Part shown: positions 30,403 to 40,528 of the stretch, one piece after another
Layout: each line of letters starts with the position of its first letter
Position numbering within the stretch: position 1 is the stretch's first letter
DNA from: a bacterium
GTDB taxonomy: Bacteria > RBG-13-61-14 > DATKZS01
Reading direction: 5' to 3'
Assembly (NCBI GenBank): GCA_963674965.2
Contig: CAXXFL010000002.1
Span: forward strand, 96,001-160,000
Length of the DNA stretch: 64,000 bases
Made by a program: the position numbers and the translations under genes
The notes under the pieces: generated by a model
Told to the model about the DNA's origin: nothing
The model's database searches: none
The model's input: the letters and a program-made list of their open reading frames with translations, nothing else

Positions 30403-31330
30403 GTCTGTCCCCTGCCTCGCGGACGTGACCTTCACCTGGAAGGCGCTCCTGGGGCCGGAGTACGAACTCGTGTCAAAGTTCCTTCGGCCCAATGGCATGC
30501 TGGCCCAGTCGGTCCCCTGCATGGCCAATCGCGACTGCGGTTGCGCTCACTTTGTGGTCGAGCACGCTCCCGATCATATCGTCGCCGTCTGCCAGTGCGA
30601 GCCGCAGCGGTGCGACACTTTTCCGATCACCAGGGCGGACACAGTCATCTATGAGGTGAACCGGTCCGCCCTGGGAGCAGCCGTGGCTTCGGCCTTGGGA
30701 ATAGAATACGAGGGCGAAGAAGCCAACGACTTGTATATGACCTTTAAGCTGGGGACCTACTCCCCCCTGTCCGGGTTCGAGTTCCCGGTGTTCATGACCA
30801 TTCAGCACGACCCCAACGATCTTCAGCAGGTGGTGGGGACGTTAATCGCGATGAGTGATTTTCCGATGGTCCTGCTGATCCCCACTCGGAGTATCTGCGG
30901 TCCAACAATCATGGCGATGGTTCAGCGCAGGGACGGCTGCGTCTTGGCCCTTGAAGATTTCATGGGACTATCAGAGGACGGGAGCCTTGTCGCCGACCCG
31001 CCCGTGGAGACGCTCCTGGCAAAGTTCAAGGCCCTCCACGTCCCCTCTACTGAAGACCAAACCGCCATGACCTTCTTCCCGACCCCGCCCGGCGCGACCT
31101 GGGAGAACGTGAGCATCCGGTTCGTTGACGGGCACAAGGTCGCGGTCAGGGTCAAGTCGGAGACCGGTGTGTTCAACTTCACCCAGATGGGCATGGCCAA
31201 CAGCAAGAACGGTGAGCCGACTGTGCAGTGGGAGTTGCTTCGATCATTTGCCGAGGAACAAGGGGAACTAACCTGGGCCAGCCGGAAAGCAGATTCCAAC
31301 AACAAGAAAAGGAAGGTTCAACGTATTTAA
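30368..31330 (+). pseudogene. Cys-containing hypothetical protein truncated at 31314 by the mini-ISL3
   Basis: CMANRDCGCAH..CQCEPQRC; last codons read into the IS inverted repeat; start uncertain (30314-30368). Confidence 0.65.
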
Positions 31331-31925
31331 GTATGGGTATATTTAGCATGGAAAGCGCCCCTTATCTTTAGGAAGAAGTATTCCATGTCCCTGAAGCCGA
31401 AGGCAATGCGCTTTATCACCTTGATCTTGTTGTTCACTCCCTCGATGAGGCTGGTGTGAATAAGGCTACGAATCTCCTCGCAGGCCAAAGCCACCTCGGC
31501 GGCAAGACGTTTCGAGTACTCGACCCGGGGAAGCGTCCACTCGAGGCTCTCGGTGACCACTCCGCGGTCGGGGCAATCAACGCGGACCTGATAGAAAAAA
31601 AGGTAACTCCGCTTGAAGACGCCGTAGGAAAGATCACGGACGCAACGTTCGTCGCAGTCGTAATACGCGCTGAACTCCCTGCCGCATCTGCACTTGTAAA
31701 CGTTGCGATCGCGCGAAAGCTCGATCATCAGGCTGGGGAATTCATCTCCCTCCCAAGTATGAGTGCTGACCCGATGAACGGAAAAACCTGGAATGTTGAC
31801 CATAATATCGATATAATCCTTTTTGACCGCCATCTCGTCCTCCTTGTTTTGGTGCTTTTTGCTAAAACTACTCTGACAAAGAGAACGGGGGCGGTCAATT
31901 CACCCACACTAAATTACGTAGAACC
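31315..31925 (-). mobile_element. Internally deleted ISL3-family element (611 bp)
   Basis: Imperfect terminal IRs GGTTCAACGTATTTAAGTATGGGT / GGTTCTACGTAATTTAGTGTGGGT; no matching target duplication. Confidence 0.85.
31327..31833 (-). pseudogene. ISL3 transposase remnant (N-terminal zinc finger fused to the extreme C-terminus)
   Basis: YKCRCG..ERCVRDL..RVDCP joined at ~31461 to EGVNNKIKVIKRIAFGFRDMEYFFLKI. Confidence 0.88.
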
Positions 31926-32143
31926 TTAAAAGTGTACGGGCCATGTGCATTTCCCATCCCCCGGCTTACGCCGCTCTGATAATCGAACTATCCGCGCAAC
32001 CCATAATCCAAGTCAGGCCCCGGCGGCGCGCCCCGCCTTGCTCTTTGATAAATGAAATCCGAGGGTGGCCCTCGGCCCATCCGGATCCGCCGGCCCCGGG
32101 CGGTTTAATGAAGCCGGACGGGACATCCGCTGCACCTTAGATA

Positions 32144-33907
32144 GTTTCTGTTGCACAACTGCTTAATGGCTTTCATTATGCGGTGCGGAGAGGATATGGA
32201 CATGCAGATTTTCAGGGCGTCCATAAAGGACGGAAAAGATTTTAACGCTTTCAGGCGAGTTGAATGCCTGAGCCGGCCCTTTTCTATCCTTTCAAAAAAC
32301 ACCTCTCCTTTTGCTGTTTTTCATTTCCGTTTTTCATTGCCCCCACAGGGGCGCGCCCGGCGGCGGCTAAGTCAGCAGCGCGAGTTTTCGAAGGTTCCAG
32401 GCAAAGAACGAAAGACCCACCCAGGACTTGAAGCTCTCGAAACCTCTCCACAGGCATCGGCTCAGACCGAAGCCGCGAAGAAGGGCGGAAAGGCCGCCCT
32501 CGATCCCGGCCCGGAAGCGAAGAAGCTTCTTGAACCAGCGCTGACGCTCGTGCTCGATCCGCTCCGAACTCCTTTTGCCGGGCTTGGGAATGGCCAGGCG
32601 CTCGATATAATAAGGACCTTCGGTCGCAAGCTTCTCATTGTCCTCATGATAGAAGCGGCGGTCGCCGGTAAACTCGCGTGGAGCCTTGCCGAACAGGCGG
32701 ACGTGTTTTTGCAAAATGTCCTCGAAAAGGTCGGCGTCGGAAGGGTTGCCCTCGCACACTTTATATTGAAGCACAATCCCCGACCTTCCCGTCGCCGCCA
32801 TCACCTTGTGACCGAACTCGGTCGGGCTCATGGTCTTGCCTCTCCGGATGATATCAACGTGCGGCTCGAAAACGGAAACCACCTTCTCTTGCGCGGGAAC
32901 CTTCTCGCCTTTTATAACCCGCCGCTCGCACTGCTCGACGCACTGCTCAGAAAGCGGCAGGTAATGATCGAGTTCGCTCTTGATCATGGTTGCCAGGCCC
33001 GCATCGCTGAAATAAAGCTCTCCGCCTTTAAGGGCCTCGTCCAGCGCCTCCCGCGCCGAGCGGGCCATGGCCAAGATTTCCGCCGAAACCTTGAGAAGGT
33101 CCCGGTACCAGACCGCCCGTTTCTTCTCGATCCCTTTGCCTTTGCCCATGGCGATCTGGTAAGCGCGCTTCTTGGCCCGCCGAGTCCGGTCATGATATTC
33201 GAACCCGAGACCCGGCAGCTCCTTCCGCGCTCCTTTCATCAACCGGTCCAATACACGGATGCTGTCAAAAAGAAGCGAAGCGTCGGTCGGATAGTGGATG
33301 TTGGCCTCGGCCACCGCGGTGTCAGCGCGGACCGCCTCGCCGTCTTCTACTTTTTTTTTAATGGCCAGGGCCACGAGCATTTCGTTGATCCGCTCCCAGG
33401 TCTCGGGGCGGATGCGTTTTATCGCCCGCTCCAGGCTGCTGAAATGGGGAATGTCCCGCCCGAAGAACCTGGTGAACTTGCGGAAATTGTAATCGGAACC
33501 GAGGCGGTCGCCGAGTTCCCGGTAGGAATAACACTTGAGTTGATAGATGACCGCGCTCCTAAGGACCTGCTCGACGCTCATCCCCTCGGCGCCGGTCTCC
33601 TTGAGTCCGCTTTGGAGATCATCGGCAACAGCTTCCAGAATTTCCTTGGCCTCGTCGAGCGCTATGCTCATCTTCTCAAGCTCAGTGTCTTGTTTGAAAA
33701 GATGGCCCGCTTTCAAAAATTCGTGGTCTTCAATGGTCATTTGCATTTTAATTTTCGGTCGCATTTTTCGCCCCCTTCACAGCATCCCGGCAAGTCAATC
33801 CTTGATTTTTCAAGGAGTTATTGTATCATATCAAGACCAAAAAGGGAAGCGAAAAATGCTTACAGCACATTGTTTTTATTGGCTTTTTCTAGTTACGCAA
33901 CTGGAAC
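32144..33907 (-). mobile_element. Apparently intact IS (ISNCY/IS5-like) with 6-bp target duplication TAGATA
   Basis: IRs GTTTCTGTTGCACAACT / GTTCCAGTTGCGTAACT; TAGATA at 32138-32143 and 33908-33913. Confidence 0.88.
32367..33764 (-). CDS. DDE transposase (ISNCY-type)
   Basis: RADTAVAEANIHYPTDASLL, EFGHKV, GDRRF, FRAGIEGGLS..GL.RCLWRG. Confidence 0.9.
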   Translation of the reverse strand: MRPKIKMQMTIEDHEFLKAGHLFKQDTELEKMSIALDEAKEILEAVADDLQSGLKETGAEGMSVEQVLRSAVIYQLKCYSYRELGDRLGSDYNFRKFTRFFGRDIPHFSSLERAIKRIRPETWERINEMLVALAIKKKVEDGEAVRADTAVAEANIHYPTDASLLFDSIRVLDRLMKGARKELPGLGFEYHDRTRRAKKRAYQIAMGKGKGIEKKRAVWYRDLLKVSAEILAMARSAREALDEALKGGELYFSDAGLATMIKSELDHYLPLSEQCVEQCERRVIKGEKVPAQEKVVSVFEPHVDIIRRGKTMSPTEFGHKVMAATGRSGIVLQYKVCEGNPSDADLFEDILQKHVRLFGKAPREFTGDRRFYHEDNEKLATEGPYYIERLAIPKPGKRSSERIEHERQRWFKKLLRFRAGIEGGLSALLRGFGLSRCLWRGFESFKSWVGLSFFAWNLRKLALLT

Positions 33908-33944
33908 TAGATAACGATTCGGGTAGCTTAATAGGGCTGTCCTT

Positions 33945-33975
33945 AAAAAGAAAAGCCGGGAGCATGTCCCGGCTT
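33945..33975 (-). terminator. Intrinsic terminator (minus strand)
   Basis: AAGCCGGG/CCCGGCTT stem preceded by an A tract on the + strand. Confidence 0.55.
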
Positions 33976-34015
33976 GAAGAAAGGGGGCTAAGGTTAACGC
34001 GGTTAAATTATATTA

Positions 34016-34042
34016 AATCCCTCGTTACGCGAGGGTTTTTTT
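34016..34042 (+). terminator. Intrinsic terminator (plus strand)
   Basis: CCCTCG-ttacg-CGAGGG followed by T7. Confidence 0.6.
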
Positions 34043-34532
34043 AGAGGGGCGGGCGTTGGGGGGACGCCCGCGGAAACTAGAACAGGGAAAGGGGCATGGG
34101 GAAAGAAAGAAGAAAAATAAAGGAAGGAATTAAAAGATAAGGCATGGAGACGTCGTGGGTCCCGGGTTGTGGGGAAGGACCCGTTTAATCTTTGGTGCAG
34201 TAATAAATTGTGTTTTTGACGCTCCATGTTCTTATCTTTATTGTTAATTTCTATTATCAATATCCATGCCGAAGTCGGTTAAAAATTATAAGTTGTCAAA
34301 AACAAAGACTTTCTCTATTTTATCCACATTTCGCTCATTATCATCATTTATCTCGTTTCAGTACAAAACCGGCGTCAACTTCTCGATATAGAGAATGACT
34401 ATAAGCTAATTGTTGATTATTATTGAGATTTTTATCAGGAAGATGGGAGTCAAGTGGAAAAGACCAAATGTGTTGATAATCGGGCATTATGCCTTTATAG
34501 ACAAGATGCACAATGCATATTGCATTATCAAG

Positions 34533-35489
34533 CTATCTGTAAAGGTCTACAAGCGCGGCCGCGCCCATGGCCACGGCGTCGTCTCCCAGTTGGGAAGGCA
34601 CAACCTTTACATGCCGTCCCGATAGGGTCACGGCGCGTTTTGGGACCTCGTCTTTGATAATTTTAAGCAGGCCCGGGTTTCCCTCGAGTACTCCGCCTCC
34701 GAGCACCAGCCGGTCGGGATTAAGCAGGCTCGTCAAATTGGAGCATAGCGTAACCAGGGATTCTTGCGCCTGTTTCCAGATCATGCCCGCCGTTTTATCT
34801 CCCTTTTCGGCGGCCAGCCTGATGGTCCTGGTGTTGATTTTGTCGACGTCGCCTTTGGCCATCTCCAGGATGAGACGGCCTTTTCCACTCTTGACGGCTT
34901 TTCGCGTCCTTATTTCCATGGGCACGCCGCCGCCGTAAGCCTCGAAGCAACCCCTTTGTCCGCAGGGACACTTGATGCCGTTCTCGCGGTAAGTCATGTG
35001 GCCCACTTCGCCGGCCGTCCCCGTTGCGCCCTCGACCAGTTTCTTGCCGGAGACGATCCCGCCGCCTATGCCGGAGCCCACGAAGACGGCCACCATGTCG
35101 GTCGTTCCTTGCCCGGCGCCATAGGTGAATTCTCCCCAGGCCGCGGCGTTTACGTCGTTGGCCATGAAGATTTCCCTTCCCAGTTTCTTTTTCATCATGC
35201 TGGTGAAGGGCACCTTATGCCATTTGAGGTTGGGGGACAGGTCGATCATTCCAGTTCTCGGGTTCGAGAACCCGGCGATGCCCACGGCTATGGCCTCGAC
35301 CTTGGAATTTTTCACGCCTTCCGTTTTAAGCATGTCCGCCACCTCGGCGGATGACCGCTCGACGATGGGATTGGGGTCTCCCAGGCTGTCGGTGACTATT
35401 TTTCTTCTGGCCAGGATTTCTCCTTTCCCGGTGATAAGGATGATCTTCGTTTTCGTTGCGCCTATGTCGATCCCAACTCTTATGGCCAT
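34533..35489 (-). CDS. ROK-family sugar kinase (glucokinase-like)
   Basis: GIDIGAT, NDVNAAAWGE, GSGIGGG, GEVGH, CPCGQRGCFE. Confidence 0.92.
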   Translation of the reverse strand: MAIRVGIDIGATKTKIILITGKGEILARRKIVTDSLGDPNPIVERSSAEVADMLKTEGVKNSKVEAIAVGIAGFSNPRTGMIDLSPNLKWHKVPFTSMMKKKLGREIFMANDVNAAAWGEFTYGAGQGTTDMVAVFVGSGIGGGIVSGKKLVEGATGTAGEVGHMTYRENGIKCPCGQRGCFEAYGGGVPMEIRTRKAVKSGKGRLILEMAKGDVDKINTRTIRLAAEKGDKTAGMIWKQAQESLVTLCSNLTSLLNPDRLVLGGGVLEGNPGLLKIIKDEVPKRAVTLSGRHVKVVPSQLGDDAVAMGAAALVDLYR

Positions 35490-35527
35490 GCTATTATCCT
35501 TTCTTCTTAATCCGCTTCACGTGGCAT

Positions 35528-36286
35528 TTAATTATTTTTTCGCGAGGAGGCGAAGGTTTTTCTCAGGTCCTTGCCGGAGGACAGGGTATCCTCGATTTCC
35601 TCATGGGGCAGGACCATACCGGCGGAGATGATGATCTTAAAGGCCTGCTCGATGGTTATATCCAGCCGTACCACCTGGTCCTCGGGAATCATGAGCAGGA
35701 AGCCCGAGGTGGGGTTCGGCGTGGTGGGAATGAAGATCGAGAGCAGGCGAAGGTCCGGATCGTCCTTGTATTCGCCCGCTTTTCCCGAAAGGTAGGAGTC
35801 GGCCTCCCGGCTCAGGAAGCCGATGCACCAGATGTCCTTTTTGGGATACTCGACCATCACCACCTGGCTGAAGTTGCCCTTGCCCGAGAAGATGGCCTGT
35901 AAAAGCTGCTTGAGGGCGGTGTAGACCATTCCCACCAGTGGAATGTTCTCGAATATCCTGGCGCCGAACTCGAACATCCAGTTGATCACCCTGACCTTGG
36001 TAAAAAGTCCGATCAGGGTCGTGATCAGGATGATGAGGAAAATGACCAGGGCGAACTCGGCCGGATGCACGATGGCCACGATGGTATCGATGGCCCACTC
36101 GGGCAGGTAACCGGTCAGGCTCTCCCTGATGCCGGGCAGGTCGAGCTGGAGAATGACCAGCTTCTGGTAAAGCCATCTCGATATTTTGATGAGAACGTAA
36201 ATCGAGGCCACCAGAGGAAGTACCACCAGCGTGCCCGAGATAAGGTTGTTCCGGAAGAATCTTTTTACCTTTTCGTAGCGGCTCAT
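35528..36286 (-). CDS. DUF502 membrane protein
   Basis: GTLVVLP, IPLVGMVY, FIPTTPNPTSGF. Confidence 0.9.
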   Translation of the reverse strand: MSRYEKVKRFFRNNLISGTLVVLPLVASIYVLIKISRWLYQKLVILQLDLPGIRESLTGYLPEWAIDTIVAIVHPAEFALVIFLIILITTLIGLFTKVRVINWMFEFGARIFENIPLVGMVYTALKQLLQAIFSGKGNFSQVVMVEYPKKDIWCIGFLSREADSYLSGKAGEYKDDPDLRLLSIFIPTTPNPTSGFLLMIPEDQVVRLDITIEQAFKIIISAGMVLPHEEIEDTLSSGKDLRKTFASSRKNN

Positions 36287-36477
36287 GACGCGGCCGGTTT
36301 CTCCTTGCGGCCACTATTAAATGTAACAGCAGCAAAGGAATCTATCAAGGAAAGACCGGAGGACCCGACTTTTTTCAGGGAAAAATGTAGCGCGGATCAA
36401 ACTGGTGACTATATTAATACAAGGCACTTTTTGTTTTCGTCTTGCCATGGACAAACGAGTTGCAAAGGAGGACGGGC

Positions 36478-37137
36478 ATGTTTATTGACGGGTTAATTTC
36501 GCGAGCCGCTTTTATCATCGGGGTCCTTATATGCGCGGCCGTTCCGGCGGCGGCCCATGGCCACCAGGGTCTTTACGAGTCAAGTGACGTTACCGGGTTC
36601 GAGGACGCCATCGTTCTTAAGAAGCCTGACGTTTCCTACGCCGCCTACATGAGACTCGATAAACCGGGCGACGTGGACTTCATAAGCTTCACGGTCGATG
36701 GTCCGATGAAGATCAAGGCCTCGCTACTGGTCCCGCGGCGTCCAGAGTTTGCCGACTATTATCCCGTCTTCGCCGTGGTCGGGCCCGGCCTCGCGAGGCC
36801 CGCGTCCGAGATACCATTCGAGCTTCCGGAGGGATACGGCGCCGAGGTGATAATAAGCGAGCCCTCGGACAACCGCCCCAAATTCTACGAGCCGTTCTCC
36901 GGCACGAAATACTACCGCGGCTTCGAGACCTTCGAGCGGGTGGTGGATGAGCCGGGGCAGTACTACCTGGCGGTCTGGAGCCCGGACGGGGAATACGGCG
37001 ACTATACGGTCACCTACGGGGAGAAGGAGAGCTTCAGCCCCAGGGAGATGATCGACACTTATCGCGTCGTGGCCAAGGTCTGGTCCGGCAAATGGGGCAG
37101 GTTCAGGGGATCGCCCCAGCCGGCCGCCAAGGAGTAG
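36478..37137 (+). CDS. Exported hypothetical protein
   Basis: AGGAGG RBS; signal-peptide-like N-terminus; beta-rich DVDFISF, FYEPFSG, GQYYLAV. Confidence 0.75.
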   Translation: MFIDGLISRAAFIIGVLICAAVPAAAHGHQGLYESSDVTGFEDAIVLKKPDVSYAAYMRLDKPGDVDFISFTVDGPMKIKASLLVPRRPEFADYYPVFAVVGPGLARPASEIPFELPEGYGAEVIISEPSDNRPKFYEPFSGTKYYRGFETFERVVDEPGQYYLAVWSPDGEYGDYTVTYGEKESFSPREMIDTYRVVAKVWSGKWGRFRGSPQPAAKE

Positions 37138-37249
37138 CTTTTCGCGAAGTACGACTCGCGCTCCCCGCGGAAGCATCGGATAATGCTATCGGTCGGGCGG
37201 CGCCGTCCCACGCTTGCATTACGAGCGGCTCCATATAAAATGGTATAAT

Positions 37250-37912
37250 ATGACCTTGGTTCTAGCCATTGAAGTCGCTTATGCCGTCATCCTCATCCTG
37301 GGCGTCGCCTTTTTCGTTTTCCTCATTCCCCGTTCTCACGCGGCCATCCTGGGGCCTTTGGCCAGAGAGCTGGGACGCGAGGTCGAGGTAAGCTTTCTCA
37401 GGTTTATGGCCTACGTCGAGTTCGAGCATGAAGGAATGGATTGCCTGGTGGGGATCAAGCCGGCGGGAAGATACGCGCCGCCCCGACTGGCCCTGGAGAT
37501 TGCTCATCGCCTTGACTTCAGCTTGCTGATTTACAGTCGCGGACTGAAACCCCTGGCGACCTTCGATCCCGGCTATTTCGCCTTCAAGACCGGAGACTCG
37601 TCATTTGACGACAACTACCTTTGCAAATCACGCGGAGGGGCCCGCGCCAAAGAGTTTATGACCGAGCCGGGCCGCGCCGTGTTGCTCGACCAGTTCATGC
37701 GTTTCGGGTTCGCCTCGATCAAGGTGGAGGACGGCGTGGTCATGGCCCTCAAGCCCTTCCATGGCCTGGGTTCGTCCCGCGACGGGTTGAACGCCTACTT
37801 CCGCGCGCACTTTTTTTTCCGCCGGCCGCAAGGAGAGATCACCGAGGACGTGAACTCCGCCAGGATAAAAACGTACCTGGATCAAATGAGGCGCGTATTC
37901 ATTGCCGGCTAG
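37250..37912 (+). CDS. Hypothetical protein with N-terminal membrane anchor
   Basis: Hydrophobic N-terminus; GC3-biased codons. Confidence 0.65.
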   Translation: MTLVLAIEVAYAVILILGVAFFVFLIPRSHAAILGPLARELGREVEVSFLRFMAYVEFEHEGMDCLVGIKPAGRYAPPRLALEIAHRLDFSLLIYSRGLKPLATFDPGYFAFKTGDSSFDDNYLCKSRGGARAKEFMTEPGRAVLLDQFMRFGFASIKVEDGVVMALKPFHGLGSSRDGLNAYFRAHFFFRRPQGEITEDVNSARIKTYLDQMRRVFIAG

Positions 37913-38314
37913 TTCTCTGACCGCTTTAAAATATCGGCTTGCTTATTTCGTCTTGGCCTTGCCGGCAATAGGGAGCGATGGCCTGATAAAATCGGGAGGG
38001 TCGGAAAGGCGAACGGGGGGGCGCTAAAGCATAGGAGTTTGACGAGTTTCTAATCGTGATCGAGCGGAGCGGGAGGCGTCCCCGCGGTGAGTGGAATTTG
38101 GCCCGCGGCTTTCGCCGCCCATGCATTCCGCGTGGGTGAGCGAAGCGAACGGGCTTTTAGTCTCGGAATCGAGGGCGTTTGCCGACGCTTGTTGGCGGCT
38201 TCCCAACGGCGCGGGACGGCCGCGCGTTTAATTGTCGGCTTGTTTGCCGAATCGCTTCATTGCCTTTTACATGACGCGACGACCCGACAAAAAGAGGCGG
38301 TCAGTTTAATAGCC

Positions 38315-40528
38315 TTATTGCGCGGCCGCGCCTGATCCCCATTTTTTATTCGGCCTGGGTCCCATGGTGAAGACCAGCTCTCCTCCCTCGATTATCCACC
38401 GGTGGCGGATGAAGGGAGAGTCAAGCGGCTTTCCGTTCAAGGCGGCCGACTGGACGTAGACGTTCCTCTTCGACTGGTTTTTCGCGATCACCGTGAAGGT
38501 CGCCGCGGGGTAGGGCGGTCCGATCTCGATCCAGGCTTTTTCCCAGCGCGGGCTGCCGATGGCGTAAAGGTCCGTGCCCGGCGTGACGGGGTAGAACCCG
38601 AGCGTCCCGAAGATGTACCAGGCCGACATCTGGCCGCAGTCCTCGTTGCCGTAAATGCCGAAGGGCCGGTTCCAATAATAGGTATCCAGGGCGTGAGCCA
38701 CCTCACGCTGGGTCTTCCAGGGAGCGCCCACGTAGTCGAACAGGTAAGGATAGTGGTGCGACGGCTCGTTGGCGTGGTTGTACCTGGCCAGTTGGATATA
38801 GGGCAGGAAAATTTTATCGAGGCGGTCCTCGACTTGGCTCGGTCCGCCCATCAGGTCGATCAGGCCGGGGATATCCTGCATGGCCAGGAACATGTAATGC
38901 CACTTGAGCCCCTCCGTGAAGCCGCCCCTGGCCCAGGACCCGTCGGCGTTCCTCCCTCGCATGAAGCCCTTGTGATAGAGGTTCTTGTAGTTGCGGCTAT
39001 GCTCCATCAATGTCTCGTAGTCGTCTTCGTGTCCCGCGGCCCTGGCCAACTGGGCCACGCAGAAGTCGTCGTAGGCGAACTCGAGGGTCCGCGACACCGA
39101 CTCGGCCGTCTTGTCGGCGGGCACGTAGCCGAGCTCGAGGTACCATCCAAGGCCGCCACGCGACTCGACCGACGTCCAGGGATCGCGGTCGCCCCATCTT
39201 TTATCGCGGTCGCCGTCGGGAGGCTGGAGGGCGTTTTTTCTCGTGGCCTCGTAAGCCAGGTCCAGGTCGAAGTCCCGAATGCCCTTGACCCAGGCGTCGG
39301 CGATGATCGAGTCGGCGTGGGACCCGATCATGATGCCCGAGTAGGTGGGGTTGGGCCACTTGGGCAGCCAGCCTCCTTCCCGGTACATCTGCAATAGTGA
39401 CGTGACCATGTCCGATACGCGCTCGGAGGCGGTAAGTATCAAAAGCGGATGCTCGGCGCGGAAGGTGTCCCACATCGAGTAGTCGTTATAGGAGACGCCC
39501 TCATGCACCGCGTCGTCAAAGGCGCTATAGTAGCGGCCGTACTCGGAGAAAATTCTGGGGTAGAGATGGGCGTGATACATGGCGGTGTAGAAGATCGCCT
39601 TCATGTCCTCGTCGTCTCCCTCGACCAGGACGCGGGATAGCTGCTCGTTCCAGGCCCGGCGCGTCGAGTCTTTAAGGGCCTCGAGGTCCCAGTCCGGTAT
39701 CTCGGTCCGGAGGTTTTTCTCGGCCTGATCGAGGCTGATAAGCGACGTTCCGATCCTGGCCTTTACTTCTCGGGTATCGTCGGGGAATACAACGTAAGCC
39801 CCCGCGGCGTCGCCCTCGACCTCGAAGGACCCCTCCGAGAGGGTCTCGCCGGAATATGTCCCGCCGCCGGTCGGGGGCTTGTCGAACTCGATGACGAAGT
39901 AGCCCTTGAAGTTGGGAAGGGGAGGGCCGAGGGTATGGGAATAGCGGTCCGAGTTCCATCCCCTTACGCGGCTATTGGCCAGGTCCACCTCGATCCATCC
40001 CGGGAAGGCCGGCTCCCGGCTCGCGTCCACGATAAGGTGGGGGTTGTCCCGGCCGGGGAAATGAAAGCGCATGATCGAACTCCTCTCGTGAGCGGCCAAC
40101 TCGGCCCTGAACCCTCCGAACTCGACCTCGTAGTAGTAGGGCGTGGTTGTCTCGTCTTGATGAGAGTACTTTATTCCCCGCTTATCGAACCGATGCTCGA
40201 CCTCTCCCGCGCCCGGCATGAGGGAGACGTTGCCGTAATCTCCCATTGCCACGGCCGGCTGGCGAGTACCGATGAAGCCGATGATCTTTTTATCCCGGTA
40301 CCGGTAAGGGCACTGTCCGATTCGGTTCAAGTTGGTCATGGGCGTCCACTGGATCATGCCGAAGGGCATGGTCACTGCCGGATTCATGCCGCCGTAAAGG
40401 CTGATGCTCAGTATCCCCTCGGTACCGATCAAGGGGTTCACGTAGTCCACCGGCTCACGCGCGAAAAGGCCGGTTGGAATAATGGCCAGTATTAGAAAAG
40501 CCGCCGCGGCGGGCAATAATTTCTTCAT
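38315..40528 (-). CDS. GH92 alpha-1,2-mannosidase-like glycoside hydrolase, secreted
   Basis: YVNPLIGT, PFGMIQW, SMWDTFR, SRTLEFAYDD, HANEPSHH, GNEDCGQMSAWY. Confidence 0.95.
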   Translation of the reverse strand: MKKLLPAAAAFLILAIIPTGLFAREPVDYVNPLIGTEGILSISLYGGMNPAVTMPFGMIQWTPMTNLNRIGQCPYRYRDKKIIGFIGTRQPAVAMGDYGNVSLMPGAGEVEHRFDKRGIKYSHQDETTTPYYYEVEFGGFRAELAAHERSSIMRFHFPGRDNPHLIVDASREPAFPGWIEVDLANSRVRGWNSDRYSHTLGPPLPNFKGYFVIEFDKPPTGGGTYSGETLSEGSFEVEGDAAGAYVVFPDDTREVKARIGTSLISLDQAEKNLRTEIPDWDLEALKDSTRRAWNEQLSRVLVEGDDEDMKAIFYTAMYHAHLYPRIFSEYGRYYSAFDDAVHEGVSYNDYSMWDTFRAEHPLLILTASERVSDMVTSLLQMYREGGWLPKWPNPTYSGIMIGSHADSIIADAWVKGIRDFDLDLAYEATRKNALQPPDGDRDKRWGDRDPWTSVESRGGLGWYLELGYVPADKTAESVSRTLEFAYDDFCVAQLARAAGHEDDYETLMEHSRNYKNLYHKGFMRGRNADGSWARGGFTEGLKWHYMFLAMQDIPGLIDLMGGPSQVEDRLDKIFLPYIQLARYNHANEPSHHYPYLFDYVGAPWKTQREVAHALDTYYWNRPFGIYGNEDCGQMSAWYIFGTLGFYPVTPGTDLYAIGSPRWEKAWIEIGPPYPAATFTVIAKNQSKRNVYVQSAALNGKPLDSPFIRHRWIIEGGELVFTMGPRPNKKWGSGAAAQ

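Larger units (their letters stand above)
5883..31925. mobile_element. Decayed composite integrative island (two DUF2924/large serine recombinase modules, defence and signalling cargo, lexA-like operon)
   Basis: Recombinase modules at 6.5-8.5 kb and 20.8-22.5 kb; left edge where Rhs homology is cut, right edge at the mini-ISL3; att sites not identified, so boundaries are approximate. Confidence 0.65.

Noticed and set aside
32151-33914. 587-aa plus-strand ORF
   Set aside because: Antisense shadow of the transposase
38402-39397. 331-aa plus-strand ORF
   Set aside because: Antisense shadow of the GH92 gene
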